Origin: Eledone cirrhosa
Lineage: Eukaryota
Length of the DNA stretch: 64,000 nt
Direction of reading: 5' to 3'
Assembly: GCA_964016885.1 (NCBI GenBank)
Contig: OZ024757.1
Span: 43,710,001 to 43,774,000, forward strand
Below, in pieces: positions 37,413 to 53,480 of this stretch (its first letter is position 1; each line of letters begins with the position of its first letter). A program made the position numbers and the translations under genes. The notes below the pieces were generated by a model, which was not told the DNA's origin, did not search any database, and saw nothing but the letters and a program-made list of their open reading frames with translations.

Positions 37413-40400
37413 TTAATTAATTAATGAGGTTTAATTAATGAGGAATTTTGAGGTATTTATAACAATTATTAATTATTTCATTACTGAGATATCATTTGAA
37501 GGACTTACTAATGTTTTTATTTATTAATTATTTTATTAGTAACTTAACATGTGGTTCTTGTATAAAATTATGTTGGAAGATTTTAGGAAGATGCTATGTA
37601 GCCGGTCGCGGTAAAATAGACGCCCAGGCTATGTAGCCGGTAAGAGTGTCAGACTCCATGTGTTGCGGCCCTTTATGGTCTGAGTTAAGACAATTTAAAA
37701 TCTTTTCCACCATCAATTGTTAAAAAACAAGTTAAAATCATTTTGTCGTCCATTTGTAACGTACGTTACACTTTAGTTACATACACATATACTATGTTAC
37801 ATACACACATCTACTGTGTTACATACACACACATCAACTGGGTTATATACACACACATCTACTGCGTTACATACACATCTACTGTGTTACACACACATCT
37901 ACTGTGTTACATACACACACATCTACTGAGTTACATACACACACATCTACTGTGTTACATACACACACATCTTCTGTGTTACATACACACATCTACTATG
38001 TTACATACACACATCTACTGTGTTACATACACACACCTGTGTTACATACACACACATCTACTGAGTTACATACACACAGATCTACTGTGTTACATACACA
38101 CACATCTACTGTGTTACACACATCTTCTATGTTACATACACACAATCTACTGTGTTACATACACACATCTACTGAGTTACATACACACACATCTACTGAG
38201 TTACATACACACACATGTACTGTGTTACATACACACATCTACTGTGTTACATACATACACATCTACTGTGTTACATACATACACATCTACTGTTACATAC
38301 ACACATCTACCGTGCTACACACACACATCTACCGTGTTACACACACACATCTACCGTGTTACACACACACATCTACCGTGTTACACACACACATCTACTG
38401 AGTTACATACACATATACTGAGTTACATGCAAACACACATCTACTCTGTTACATATACACATCTACTGTGTTACATACACATCTACTGTGATACACACAC
38501 ACACATCTACTCATACATATTCATAAATAGACACACATTATACAAATAATTATTACATACACACACATCTCTGTAATAATTCAGGAAGGAAGGGGCTGGT
38601 GAAACGCTATAGCAATGTGTGTGTGTTGTGTACCTTTCAGGTTTACCGGTTTCGTAGCCTATTTGAAGATTTTATTATAATTATGAACCTTATAATTCAA
38701 TTAATTATGAATAATTTTGAGCTATTTATCACAATTGTTAGTTAATTACTAACATAGTAACTTACCATATGGTTGTTATATAGAATTTTGTTGGAAGACT
38801 TTAATTTAGATAGGAACCATTTCCATAGTACGAGAACTAATTTTGGCTGGGTTTCTACCAAAAGGGTTAATGAAGAATTTTGAACAATTTACTAAAATTA
38901 TTAATTATTTCATTACTAAGATAATGTGTGAATACACAATTATATGTGTGTATATATATATAAACAGTATATATATATATAGTATATATATATATAAACA
39001 GTATATATATATATATAGTATATATATATATATATAAACAGTATATATATAGTATACAAAAGATGTAGTGGGATAGTGTGTAGTCTTAAGACAAGTCTGT
39101 CCAGATAGCTGCGCTGTAACTTACACTTATTGGGACTGTGTGTTGGCAAGCAGGCCTGTATTTTGGGATCTAGCTGGTCCATTATGAGGGAGGTCTGGTT
39201 AGTTGGCAGCACCATGCCTTACTTGTGGTATATGTATGTATAGAAATAAGTTATTGTATATGCATAACTGTCCATCTATATGTATACATGTATGTTTACT
39301 TATATCTTTGCATACATATATACATTTTCAGATGTATACACGTAATGGTCACCCGGATAGTAAACCAAGTCATACAGAATGGGGTTGTTCTGAAGGACTG
39401 GCGTAGCAGCATCATCATTAACTGTTACAAGGGTAAAGGAGATGCCCTAGATAGGAGTAACTATAGAGGCATTAAATTAATCGACCAGGTCATGAAGGTC
39501 ACGGAAAAAGTAATAGCGCAACTAATCAGAGAGAGAATTGATCTAGATGAAATGCAGTTCGGGTTTGTGTCAGGTAAAAGTACCACAGACGCTCTTTTCA
39601 TTGTACGACAACTACAGGAGAAGTACCTAGTTAAAAGTAAACCCCTATACTTAGCTTTTGTTGACTTGGAGAAAGCCTTCGACAGAGTCCCCCGTTCCAT
39701 TATCTGGTGGGCTCTTAGAAAACTAGGTGTTGAGGAATGGCTTGTGAGAGCTATACGAGCCATGTATAAAGAAACAGTCAGCAAGGTTAGAATTAACAAC
39801 GAATATAGTGAAGAGTTTAGCGTAAAAGTTGGTGTTCATCAGGGCTCCGTCCTTAGCCCCCTACTATTTATTATTGCCCTTCAGGCTATAACAGTGGAGT
39901 TCAAGACCGGCTGCCCATGGGAACTCCTATACGCAGATGATCTAACGCTCATAGCTGAATCAATGGCCGAGCTAGAGAAGAAATTCCAAACATGGAAGCA
40001 AGGCCTAGAATCAGAAGGCCTTAAAATTAACCTGGCTAAGACTAAAGTTCTAGTTTGTAGGAAAGAAAATAAGGCGCCGGTCCCTTCCGGGAAATGGCCA
40101 TGCTCAGTGTGTAGGAAAGGCGTAGGTAGAAACTCCATTTTATGTCCCAAATGCAAAGTATGGGTTCATAAAAGATGTAGTGGGATCACAGGTAAGCTAA
40201 CTAAGAACATAGATTTTACATGTGGCCGGTGCTCTGGTGCAATAAGTAGCAGCAAGTGCCCACAAAATACTAGCTCTTTCAATTGCGCAGAGGGTTCTAT
40301 AGAAATAGTGGACAGCTTCCGTTACCTGGGTGACAAAATCAGCAGTGGGGGAGGGTGCTCTGAAAGTACAGTAGCTAGAGTCAGAACTGGATGGAAAAAG

Positions 40401-41264
40401 TTCAGAGAGCTTATACCACTATTAGCCGCTAAAGGGTTCTCCCTAAAAATGAAAGGCAGGTTGTATGATGCCTGCATATGAACAGCAATGTTGCATGGCA
40501 GTGAGACCTGGGCATTGTGTGCAGAGGATATACGCAGACTAGAGAGGAACGAAGCTTGCATGCTTCGCTGGATGTGTAATAGTAATATATGTGAACGGCA
40601 AAGCATAAACGAACTAAGGGAAAAATTAGAAATAAGAGGGATCAGATGTTGTGTACTCGAGAGAAGACTACGTTGGTATGGTCCACGTGATGCGGATGAA
40701 AGACGACAGCTGTATAAAAAAAATGCAGGGCAATAAAGATAGACGGTAGCCACGGAGTAGGCAGACCCAGAAAAACCTGGGACGACTTGATAAATTCCGA
40801 CCTCACACACTTACACCTCTCCAAGACAATGTCACTGGACCGAGATCTTTGGCGGTACTCAGTAATAGAGAAGACCCGCCTTACCTAGATACAAAGTAAA
40901 ACCTACTACAGTCAGTAGGCACCTCTAACAAAATACACCCCCACCCCATCCACACCGCCCCTTTCAATGTAAAGTTATGTTGGTGCCACAACATCCAGGC
41001 CGAAACAAATGAGGTCGTGTAGGTGTCACGACAAAAAAAAAAAACACAGTCCACGCAGTAATGTGGCCGTGTAGGTAACACGGTAAAAACCTCTCAGTCC
41101 CACACTGTAAATGCGGTTGGTGTTAGGAAGGGCATCCAGCTGTAGAAAACCCGCCAGACAGTCCTATGCGAGCAAGACAACCACTCTTGCCTCAAGTGGG
41201 AAAATTCCCGTCCAAACCCATGCAAGCGTGGAATATGGACGTTAAACGATGATGATGATGATGA

Positions 41265-41298
<34 letters not shown>

Positions 41299-42410
41299 CT
41301 TTGACATTTCTTAGAAAAAAAATGAAAAAGTTTTGTGAGAACCCCAATGTTTATTTATTTTATTTTATTTTTAAATAAAATTAATAACATTAATTTTATT
41401 TTGAAATTAGGTTTATAAATATTAATTATCAGCAGACCTTTGTAGCAGTCTTGGCGGCTTAGTGGGAAGTACCAGAGATGGTGAGGTCCTTGTCTGTAGG
41501 TTCAATCCTGGTCTGGGAGTTCGATCATTGCTGTAATGTGTCCTGTTAATCTTTTTTTAAATTTTCCTCAGAAAAAACTGAAAATCTTTGGTGAGAACCC
41601 CAATGTCTATTTATCTAATATAATTTAATTTATTTTATTTTACTTTAGTTAAATTGTCAAAACCACTGGTGATCTAAAGTTAGAGGAGACAGATAAAATA
41701 GACATATTGTCTCCTCAACCTTTAGATCTTCAGTGTTTTCGACAATTTAACTAAAATAAAAAATTAAATTCAATATAATTAAATAAATAGGGGTTCTCTT
41801 TTTCAAAGAGATATAGAAAGAAAATTATAAAAGATTAACATGACACCTTACATGTATCTCATGGACCAGGATTGAACCTGAGTCCCCAATTCAACCCTCA
41901 GACCAGGATTGAACACCCAGAACAGGATCTCACCATCTCTGGTACTTCCCACTAAGCTACCGAGACTGATACAAAGATGTACTGAAATTTAATATTTATA
42001 AACCTACTTTCAAAATAAAATTAAAAATAAAATATATATATATATATATTCCTTTGACATTTCTTAGAAAAAAGAACTGAAAAAGTTTTGTGAGAACGCC
42101 AATGTCTATTTATTTTATTTTATTTTTAATTAAATTAGTTATATTTTGAAAGTAGGTTTATAAATATTAATTTTCAATAGACCTTTGTAGCAGTCTTGGT
42201 GGCTTAGTGGGAAGTACCAGAGATGGTGAGATCCTTGTCTGTAAGTTCAATTCTTGCTTGGAGACATGTCTAATGTGTCCTATTAATCTTTTTTTAATTT
42301 TCCTTTTACATCTCTTAGAAATAACTGAAAATCTTTGGTGAGAACCCCAATGTCTATTTATCTAATATAATTAATTTAATTTAATTTAATTTTTATTTTA
42401 GTGAAACCAC
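37413..42410. repeat. A-type-specific 5.0-kb block, copy 2
   Basis: Same junctions and content as 3982-8995. Confidence 0.9.
39345..41268 (+). mobile_element. RTE-clade LINE fragment, copy 2
   Basis: ORF 39225-40481 translates identically to 5798-7054; same lesions. Confidence 0.93.
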
Positions 42411-42847
42411 TGTTGTATTCAAGAGACCAGGTGGAGGGGTGGGTCTGCTAGATTCATCGTGGGTAAAGAACGGTGCTATGAACTTTTCTGGGTGGGAAAT
42501 GACAATGGGCTGGGTATACACATACCACCCCACCACCCCACCGTAAAGTGGTCGTGGAGACGCCACGGCAAAAAAGCACCCAGCCCGCTCTGTAAAGCTG
42601 ACGTGGAGGTGCCACGTAAAAAAGAAAAGCACCCAGCACTCACTGCAAACTGGGTTGGCGTCAGGAAGGGCACCCAGCTGTAGAAACCAATCCAGAATCA
42701 GCTCCCACCCCACCCTTGCAAGCATGGAAAAGCGGACGTATGATGAAGTTGATATATATATATATATATTAGTATATATATACACATACATATGTACACA
42801 TATACACATACATATATATATATACACACACATATATATCAGTGTAC

Positions 42848-42882
<35 letters not shown>

Positions 42883-43527
42883 AATGAATATTTATTCAAT
42901 TTAAAGCGCCAATTATCTATATATAACAAGATATGAATTTTTCTAGGGATGGGGAAATTTTCAGTTTGTTTTTATATTTTCACTTCATTTTTTACTTTCT
43001 ATTTAATACAGTCTTTGATCCAATATAATCCTGACAGTATTTGAACCAGTTTACCTCATATATATGTATGCACACACAACACTCAAGTTTCGCCATCTAC
43101 TGCTATTTCATTCATATTTATTGTTTAATTAACTCTGGTCTAATTCATCAACTATTGTTAATTATATTATTACGTAGATTTCTTATAAAATCTAGTGCAT
43201 ATATACGTGTATATATACAGGGAGACACTGTGTAATAGATGTAAAGAGAGTGGGAGATAGAGTTATAGAAGTAAAGAGAGGGAGAGAAATAAGCGGTAGA
43301 TAGAGCAATAGATGTAAAGAGAGGGTTAGAACGTTCAACTTGACAGTCAGTACATATGCCAACTACCCAACCGGCCAGCCAGCAGTATTTGCGGTTGACT
43401 GGCCAGTTGGGCGGTTGGTATGTGGAACGTTCAACTATGCAGTCAGTACCAAAGTTCAACATTGTAGCCAGTGCATATGCCGATCGCCGCGACCTCTTTG
43501 CTCTATTTAAATGACCTGGAACTAAGT

Positions 43528-43640
43528 AAAAAGAGTAGGAGATAACTCGACAAGAGCGGAGAGGGTGAGATTCGAACCATGTAAAGTCGTTGGCTCCTGA
43601 ACTTCGTAAGCGGGGCTGCTACTGACTGAGCAACGCCGGC
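43528..43640 (-). ncRNA. tRNA-like Pol III cassette, copy 7
   Basis: Homologous to 259-371. Confidence 0.5.
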
Positions 43641-44428
43641 AGCAAGGCAAATCGCGCATAAAATAACGCTTATATCGAGAAAATAAAACAAAAATTTCAA
43701 TGTTGCACTCTTGTTTGTTGTTCTTTTATTTTACGTAAACATTTCGCTGCTCTAGCCTCTTATTTCCTATTAGATTACACTTAATTCCATTAAACATTCA
43801 TTCTAAGTCTCGTGGTAAACTATTTCATCTATATTTATATCGCTGTTACAGCCTTTTATTTCTACATCTATCACCTATAGCCACTGTTACGCCGGTAGTA
43901 TAAGTAGCTTTATAACAAGAAACGATGATATAACTCCACAAAATGTCTTCTTGAGCAAGACACTTCACTTCATATTGCTCCAGTACACCGAGTTACACAT
44001 AGACAGATACATACATACATACACAGATAGAAATGAGAGGTAGATAGAGTAAAAGATTTAAAGAGAGTGTGAGAAGTACGAGTTAGATAGTGTAAAAGAT
44101 TTAAAGAGAGGGTGAGAGTGTGACACACATTTATCTGTCTATCTCTCTCTATTTTAACACCGGTCGTTATAATTAGTTTTATAACACCGCTATATTACCG
44201 ACATGAAAGAGGTAAATAATTATTTCTTAAATGTTTAGAACATGTTTCTCTTGTCTTCTTAAATGTATAGAACATGTTTCTTATTTATATTCTTAACATA
44301 GCTAGGACCTTATCTCATTTACTGGTCTCTACTTTTAGGGCTTTGCTGGTCCCATGTGCCCTCCATGAAGACACACTCGCCCCTTCTCTCTCAGTCTCCG
44401 TACTAATTACTACACATACGTATATATA

Positions 44429-46669
44429 TTTATTTTAAGAAACCTTAATGACAAATAATATAAAGTGTTTGTAAAGTGGGGAAGAGTAGTTTTACGGTGG
44501 GGTTGTTATATAGATATCGTTTTTGCAGTGGGGTCGTGACTGGCGTATAATAATGAGTCACTGTTGATGTATATACAAATCATATTTTGGATATAAGTGA
44601 AGTTATTTAAGAGATTTAGTTGTTTTGTATACATTCCAGTTGTTGTCTCCCTGTTTCTTCTTCAACAACTATAACGGTACGCGATGGGGCCCACCCACAG
44701 CCCCGGCGGACAGAATGGAGAAGGCGTTTCCCCGGAGCACGGCAAGGGAGACGCGCTGGAAAAGCCACTCCAACTCGCGGGGCTCACACCTGCGACTGGC
44801 CAGCTCAGCGCCTATGGTGGTGAGTAAGGAGGTAGCCCTGGGGTCGAGGACACCAGAAGTCTCCACTTCCAGGGGTACGACCGCAAACCTGTCGGAGAGT
44901 GAACGATATGTGAGGAGTTTGGCCCTCTCAGCCTGACGTGCAGCAGAACCTGGGCCAGTCGCAGACTGCACCAGGTTGCGGCTGCAGAAAGTGTCGGTGC
45001 AAGTGGCATCCCAGACGAGGGGTTTGCCACCGCGGAACGGGAAGATGGTCATGCCATCTGGCCTTTTGCCGTCCCCTGGAGCTGGGAAGGGAAGCCTGCA
45101 GCGTCCAAGCCATGCTTAATGATTTCGTTGAGGGCAGCATGGCGTGGATTGCGGCTGGCACTGTGGCGACAGGAAAGCGGGTGGAGGCCGAAAGAGTCCA
45201 TGGTGGAACGGCAGCGACATTGGTGTGAGGCCGAGCCTCAGGGAAACGCCGATGCGCAAGCTATGGTTGTCTAGCTGCGTGCGAGTGGAGAAGGAGGGCA
45301 GGGCATGGAGCCAGGCCCCACTGTGGGGTTTGGAGGCCGCACGAAAACAAACAAGGCGGTGCTGGTCGAGCTGGCACGTGAGCCTGTCTGAGGCCAGGCT
45401 GCACTGGATGGCATCCCAAGTGTGTTGGGGGGACTTGACGTCAACAGGGGGAGAAGGAGGAGGAACGTCTACTGGGCTAAGTCCCAGCCGGTGCCACGTC
45501 TCACAGGCGGCCACGCGTTCTCTGAACACAGAGGGTTCTGTTGTGTTTTGAAGAACCCTGCTGAGGTGGACGTGGTACGAGGTTACCGACGAAAGATACG
45601 CCGGCAAAGCTAGTGAGATCGGGGACTGGAGGCGAAGGTCGCCATACCTGATAGGTAAAGTTGCATATCTCATCGGCTGCTGCTCGGATACAAGTCTGGG
45701 TGTAGCACAGAGTGTATAGAGGAGCTTCGGCATGGCGTAGCAGTTCCTCAGCAGAAAGAGAACTGGGTGGCCATCAATCAAGCCCAGTCGGCTCGTGAGA
45801 GTCTGAACTTGATGGTGGAGCGGATGGCCGGCGGGTGGATCGGTGAGGGCATCCTCTTTGGGGGTCACCTGAACCTGGCGGAGAATGGACCGCACGTCCA
45901 AGACGGAGACTGCAAAGCTTGCAGCATCGAGGCTGACATTCACCACCTCCGACTTGGCTGAGTTGACCTGGAGGTCGATTCCCGCCAGGGCAGGAACCAC
46001 CGATTGAAGGTCATGGCAGACCGCCTGTACGGGCCCACCCAAAGTAGCATCATCCAGATACCAAACGTTGAGAGGGGCCGTTATACTCCGGGCGATGTGG
46101 TCAATACCAAGGGTGAACAGGAGGGGTCCCAAAGGGTTGCCCTGTTGGATCCCAGTAGCCAAGGGTATGACCGTATCAGCAGCATGTCGCATGCTCGGGG
46201 CTCCATATGACAGCTAGGCAGAGGGGGCTCGGCTGAGGCAGGCCTCGAGCAGATGATCCCAGCGTAAAGAGTTGAAGGCATTCCTCATGTCAAACTTGAC
46301 AATGAGGTGGCTGGAGTCCCTGGATGCCGGTTCCGAGTGTTACGGACTTGCAGGTTACCTTGGCAGCCAGCCTCCGGAAGACATTGCCCACAGCAATGGG
46401 GCGTATGCCACCCTCTTTCTTCCTGAGAGCGGTGAAGCTGGCTGAAAAAAAGAGGCCTCGAGCATAAGAGTCCAGGGCGCCATGGATGAGCCTATTGGTG
46501 AGCGCCACAATTGCACTCAGAAGGCGGCGCCCGGCCTCAGCGGAGAGGGGAGATATCAACTCCTTGAGGAGGCCTGGTCAGAGACCATCAACATCTCCGC
46601 AGCTGCTAGCTGGGAAGGACCTGATGGCGGACATGATGTCTGCATCAGAAGCCACAAGGAGCAAGTGTG
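44429..46669 (-). mobile_element. CRE-clade non-LTR retrotransposon relic, copy 7 (long allele)
   Basis: ORF pieces 44669-45052, 45116-46192 and 46290-46559. Confidence 0.9.
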
Positions 46670-47240
46670 GATTACAATACAAAACCTCTGAGAATGATTT
46701 CTAAGATATTTCACCATAGTTAATTTTCATCAATATATATTAATATTATTATTGTTTATTAGGTCAGGTGGATTGGCCAGAACAATTCTACTCTTCTTTT
46801 TTAGATGTCACGATTTTTCATGGCATTCCTGAGATCATTAATCTCCAGCTGGAGATCCAGAGACATCTGATGTATGTAGGTGAACCTCAGTCATCCCACT
46901 TGGCTCTTACTATGTTTAGGTATCCACCACAGGAGCCAGCTCATCAGGTCATCCTACTCTCAGCAGCAATGTCCAGCATCTATTGATTTCCGCTCCCTAG
47001 TTATTGTGGTAATCTTCGATATCTGGGAATATATTTCTTCTGCTTAAGGGAGTAATAAATATATAGTTTAAAAAAAAACATATATATACACACACATATA
47101 TATATGTTGTCATTTATAAGAGTTCTCTATCAAAAGCCTTCTCTATGTCCAAAGCTAAGTATAGTGGCTTATTTTTCTCTAAGAACCTCTTTTGTAGTTG
47201 TCTCACTAAGAAGAGGGCATCTGTTGCACTTTTCAGCGGC

Positions 47241-50200
47241 TTAATTAATTAATGAGGTTTAATTAATGAGGAATTTTGAGGTATTTATAACAATTATTAA
47301 TTATTTCATTACTGAGATATCATTTGAAGGACTTACTAATGTTTTTATTTATTAATTATTTTATTAGTAACTTAACATGTGGTTCTTGTATAAAATTATG
47401 TTGGAAGATTTTAGGAAGATGCTATGTAGCCGGTCGCGGTAAAATAGACGCCCAGGCTATGTAGCCGGTAAGAGTGTCAGACTCCATGTGTTGCGGCCCT
47501 TTATGGTCTGAGTTAAGACAATTTAAAATCTTTTCCACCATCAATTGTTAAAAAACAAGTTAAAATCATTTTGTCGTCCATTTGTAACGTACGTTACACT
47601 TTAGTTACATACACATATACTATGTTACATACACACATCTACTGTGTTACATACACACACATCAACTGGGTTATATACACACACATCTACTGCGTTACAT
47701 ACACATCTACTGTGTTACACACACATCTACTGTGTTACATACACACACATCTACTGAGTTACATACACACACATCTACTGTGTTACATACACACACATCT
47801 TCTGTGTTACATACACACATCTACTATGTTACATACACACATCTACTGTGTTACATACACACACCTGTGTTACATACACACACATCTACTGAGTTACATA
47901 CACACAGATCTACTGTGTTACATACACACACATCTACTGTGTTACACACATCTTCTATGTTACATACACACAATCTACTGTGTTACATACACACATCTAC
48001 TGAGTTACATACACACACATCTACTGAGTTACATACACACACATGTACTGTGTTACATACACACATCTACTGTGTTACATACATACACATCTACTGTGTT
48101 ACATACATACACATCTACTGTTACATACACACATCTACCGTGCTACACACACACATCTACCGTGTTACACACACACATCTACCGTGTTACACACACACAT
48201 CTACCGTGTTACACACACACATCTACTGAGTTACATACACATATACTGAGTTACATGCAAACACACATCTACTCTGTTACATATACACATCTACTGTGTT
48301 ACATACACATCTACTGTGATACACACACACACATCTACTCATACATATTCATAAATAGACACACATTATACAAATAATTATTACATACACACACATCTCT
48401 GTAATAATTCAGGAAGGAAGGGGCTGGTGAAACGCTATAGCAATGTGTGTGTGTTGTGTACCTTTCAGGTTTACCGGTTTCGTAGCCTATTTGAAGATTT
48501 TATTATAATTATGAACCTTATAATTCAATTAATTATGAATAATTTTGAGCTATTTATCACAATTGTTAGTTAATTACTAACATAGTAACTTACCATATGG
48601 TTGTTATATAGAATTTTGTTGGAAGACTTTAATTTAGATAGGAACCATTTCCATAGTACGAGAACTAATTTTGGCTGGGTTTCTACCAAAAGGGTTAATG
48701 AAGAATTTTGAACAATTTACTAAAATTATTAATTATTTCATTACTAAGATAATGTGTGAATACACAATTATATGTGTGTATATATATATAAACAGTATAT
48801 ATATATATAGTATATATATATATAAACAGTATATATATATATATAGTATATATATATATAAACAGTATATATATAGTATACAAAAGATGTAGTGGGATAG
48901 TGTGTAGTCTTAAGACAAGTCTGTCCAGATAGCTGCGCTGTAACTTACACTTATTGGGACTGTGTGTTGGCAAGCAGGCCTGTATTTTGGGATCTAGCTG
49001 GTCCATTATGAGGGAGGTCTGGTTAGTTGGCAGCACCATGCCTTACTTGTGGTATATGTATGTATAGAAATAAGTTATTGTATATGCATAACTGTCCATC
49101 TATATGTATACATGTATGTTTACTTATATCTTTGCATACATATATACATTTTCAGATGTATACACGTAATGGTCACCCGGATAGTAAACCAAGTCATACA
49201 GAATGGGGTTGTTCTGAAGGACTGGCGTAGCAGCATCATCATTAACTGTTACAAGGGTAAAGGAGATGCCCTAGATAGGAGTAACTATAGAGGCATTAAA
49301 TTAATCGACCAGGTCATGAAGGTCACGGAAAAAGTAATAGCGCAACTAATCAGAGAGAGAATTGATCTAGATGAAATGCAGTTCGGGTTTGTGTCAGGTA
49401 AAAGTACCACAGACGCTCTTTTCATTGTACGACAACTACAGGAGAAGTACCTAGTTAAAAGTAAACCCCTATACTTAGCTTTTGTTGACTTGGAGAAAGC
49501 CTTCGACAGAGTCCCCCGTTCCATTATCTGGTGGGCTCTTAGAAAACTAGGTGTTGAGGAATGGCTTGTGAGAGCTATACGAGCCATGTATAAAGAAACA
49601 GTCAGCAAGGTTAGAATTAACAACGAATATAGTGAAGAGTTTAGCGTAAAAGTTGGTGTTCATCAGGGCTCCGTCCTTAGCCCCCTACTATTTATTATTG
49701 CCCTTCAGGCTATAACAGTGGAGTTCAAGACCGGCTGCCCATGGGAACTCCTATACGCAGATGATCTAACGCTCATAGCTGAATCAATGGCCGAGCTAGA
49801 GAAGAAATTCCAAACATGGAAGCAAGGCCTAGAATCAGAAGGCCTTAAAATTAACCTGGCTAAGACTAAAGTTCTAGTTTGTAGGAAAGAAAATAAGGCG
49901 CCGGTCCCTTCCGGGAAATGGCCATGCTCAGTGTGTAGGAAAGGCGTAGGTAGAAACTCCATTTTATGTCCCAAATGCAAAGTATGGGTTCATAAAAGAT
50001 GTAGTGGGATCACAGGTAAGCTAACTAAGAACATAGATTTTACATGTGGCCGGTGCTCTGGTGCAATAAGTAGCAGCAAGTGCCCACAAAATACTAGCTC
50101 TTTCAATTGCGCAGAGGGTTCTATAGAAATAGTGGACAGCTTCCGTTACCTGGGTGACAAAATCAGCAGTGGGGGAGGGTGCTCTGAAAGTACAGTAGCT

Positions 50201-51088
50201 AGAGTCAGAACTGGATGGAAAAAGTTCAGAGAGCTTATACCACTATTAGCCGCTAAAGGGTTCTCCCTAAAAATGAAAGGCAGGTTGTATGATGCCTGCA
50301 TATGAACAGCAATGTTGCATGGCAGTGAGACCTGGGCATTGTGTGCAGAGGATATACGCAGACTAGAGAGGAACGAAGCTTGCATGCTTCGCTGGATGTG
50401 TAATAGTAATATATGTGAACGGCAAAGCATAAACGAACTAAGGGAAAAATTAGAAATAAGAGGGATCAGATGTTGTGTACTCGAGAGAAGACTACGTTGG
50501 TATGGTCCACGTGATGCGGATGAAAGACGACAGCTGTATAAAAAAAATGCAGGGCAATAAAGATAGACGGTAGCCACGGAGTAGGCAGACCCAGAAAAAC
50601 CTGGGACGACTTGATAAATTCCGACCTCACACACTTACACCTCTCCAAGACAATGTCACTGGACCGAGATCTTTGGCGGTACTCAGTAATAGAGAAGACC
50701 CGCCTTACCTAGATACAAAGTAAAACCTACTACAGTCAGTAGGCACCTCTAACAAAATACACCCCCACCCCATCCACACCGCCCCTTTCGATGTAAAGTT
50801 ATGTTGGTGCCACAACATCCAGGCCGAAACAAATGAGGTCGTGTAGGTGTCACGACAAAAAAAAAAAACACAGTCCACGCAGTAATGTGGCCGTGTAGGT
50901 AACACGGTAAAAACCTCTCAGTCCCACACTGTAAATGCGGTTGGTGTTAGGAAGGGCATCCAGCTGTAGAAAACCCGCCAGACAGTCCTATGCGAGCAAG
51001 ACAACCACTCTTGCCTCAAGTGGGAAAATTCCCGTCCAAACCCATGCAAGCGTGGAATATGGACGTTAAACGATGATGATGATGATGA

Positions 51089-51122
<34 letters not shown>

Positions 51123-52244
51123 CTTTGACATTTCTTAGAAAAAAAATGAAAAAGTTTTGTGAGAACCCCAATGTTTATTTATTTTATTTTATTTTTAAAT
51201 AAAATTAATAACATTAATTTTATTTTGAAATTAGGTTTATAAATATTAATTATCAGCAGACCTTTGTAGCAGTCTTGGCGGCTTAGTGGGAAGTACCAGA
51301 GATGGTGAGGTCCTTGTCTGTAGGTTCAATCCTGGTCTGGGAGTTCAATCATTGCTGTAATGTGTCCTGTTAATCTTTTTTTAAATTTTCCTCAGAAAAA
51401 ACTGAAAATCTTTGGTGAGAACCCCAATGTCTATTTATCTAATATAATTTAATTTATTTTATTTTATTTTACTTTAGTTAAATTGTCAAAACCACTGGTG
51501 ATCTAAAGTTAGAGGAGACAGATAAAATAGACATATTGTCTCCTCAACCTTTAGATCTTCAGTGTTTTCGACAATTTAACTAAAATAAAAAATTAAATTC
51601 AATATAATTAAATAAATAGGGGTTCTCTTTTTCAAAGAGATATAGAAAGAAAATTATAAAAGATTAACATGACACCTTACATGTATCTCATGGACCAGGA
51701 TTGAACCTGAGTCCCCAATTCAACCCTCAGACCAGGATTGAACACCCAGAACAGGATCTCACCATCTCTGGTACTTCCCACTAAGCTACCGAGACTGATA
51801 CAAAGATGTACTGAAATTTAATATTTATAAACCTACTTTCAAAATAAAATTAAAAATAAAATATATATATATATATATTCCTTTGACATTTCTTAGAAAA
51901 AAGAACTGAAAAAGTTTTGTGAGAACGCCAATGTCTATTTATTTTATTTTATTTTTAATTAAATTAGTTATATTTTGAAAGTAGGTTTATAAATATTAAT
52001 TTTCAATAGACCTTTGTAGCAGTCTTGGTGGCTTAGTGGGAAGTACCAGAGATGGTGAGATCCTTGTCTGTAAGTTCAATTCTTGCTTGGAGACATGTCT
52101 AATGTGTCCTATTAATCTTTTTTTAATTTTCCTTTTACATCTCTTAGAAATAACTGAAAATCTTTGGTGAGAACCCCAATGTCTATTTATCTAATATAAT
52201 TAATTTAATTTAATTTAATTTAATTTTTATTTTAGTGAAACCAC
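47241..52244. repeat. A-type-specific 5.0-kb block, copy 3
   Basis: Same junctions and content as 3982-8995. Confidence 0.9.
49169..51092 (+). mobile_element. RTE-clade LINE fragment, copy 3
   Basis: ORF 49049-50305 translates identically to 5798-7054; same lesions. Confidence 0.93.
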
Positions 52245-52687
52245 TGTTGTATTCAAGAGACCAGGTGGAGGGGTGGGTCTGCTAGATTCATCGTGGGTAA
52301 AGAACGGTGCTATGAACTTTTCTGGGTGGGAAATGACAATGGGCTGGGTATACACATACCACCCCACCACCCCACCGTAAAGTGGTCGTGGAGGCGCCAC
52401 GGCAAAAAAGCACCCAGCCCGCTCTGTAAAGCTGACGTGGAGGTGCCACGTAAAAAAGAAAAGCACCCAGCACTCACTGCAAACTGGGTTGGCGTCAGGA
52501 AGGGCACCCAGCTGTAGAAACCAATCCAGAATCAGCTCCCACCCCACCCTTGCAAGCATGGAAAAGCGGACGTATGATGAAGTTGATATATATATATATA
52601 TATATTAGTATATATATACACATACATATGTACACATATACACATACATATATATATATATATACACACACATATATATCAGTGTAC

Positions 52688-52722
<35 letters not shown>

Positions 52723-53367
52723 AATGAATATTTATTCAATTTAAAGCGCCAATTATCTATATATAACAAGATATGAATTTTTCTAGGGATGGGGAAATTT
52801 TCAGTTTGTTTTTATATTTTCACTTCATTTTTTACTTTCTATTTAATACAGTCTTTGATCCAATATAATCCTGACAGTATTTGAACCAGTTTACCTCATA
52901 TATATGTATGCACACACAACACTCAAGTTTCGCCATCTACTGCTATTTCATTCATATTTATTGTTTAATTAACTCTGGTCTAATTCATCAACTATTGTTA
53001 ATTATATTATTACGTAGATTTCTTATAAAATCTAGTGCATATATACGTGTATATATACAGGGAGACACTGTGTAATAGATGTAAAGAGAGTGGGAGATAG
53101 AGTTATAGAAGTAAAGAGAGGGAGAGAAATAAGCGGTAGATAGAGCAATAGATGTAAAGAGAGGGTTAGAACGTTCAACTTGACAGTCAGTACATATGCC
53201 AACTACCCAACCGGCCAGCCAGCCGTATTTGCGGTTGACTGGCCAGTTGGGCGGTTGGTATGTGGAACGTTCAACTATGCAGTCAGTACCAAAGTTCAAC
53301 ATTGTAGCCAGTGCATATGCCGATCGCCGCGACCTCTTTGCTCTATTTAAATGACCTGGAACTAAGT

Positions 53368-53480
53368 AAAAAGAGTAGGAGATAACTCGACAAGAGCGGA
53401 GAGGGTGAGATTCGAACCATGTAAAGTCGTTGGCTCCTGAACTTCGTAAGCGGCGCTGCTACTGACTGAGCAACGCCGGC
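53368..53480 (-). ncRNA. tRNA-like Pol III cassette, copy 8
   Basis: Homologous to 259-371 with one substitution (gcggcgctgc). Confidence 0.5.
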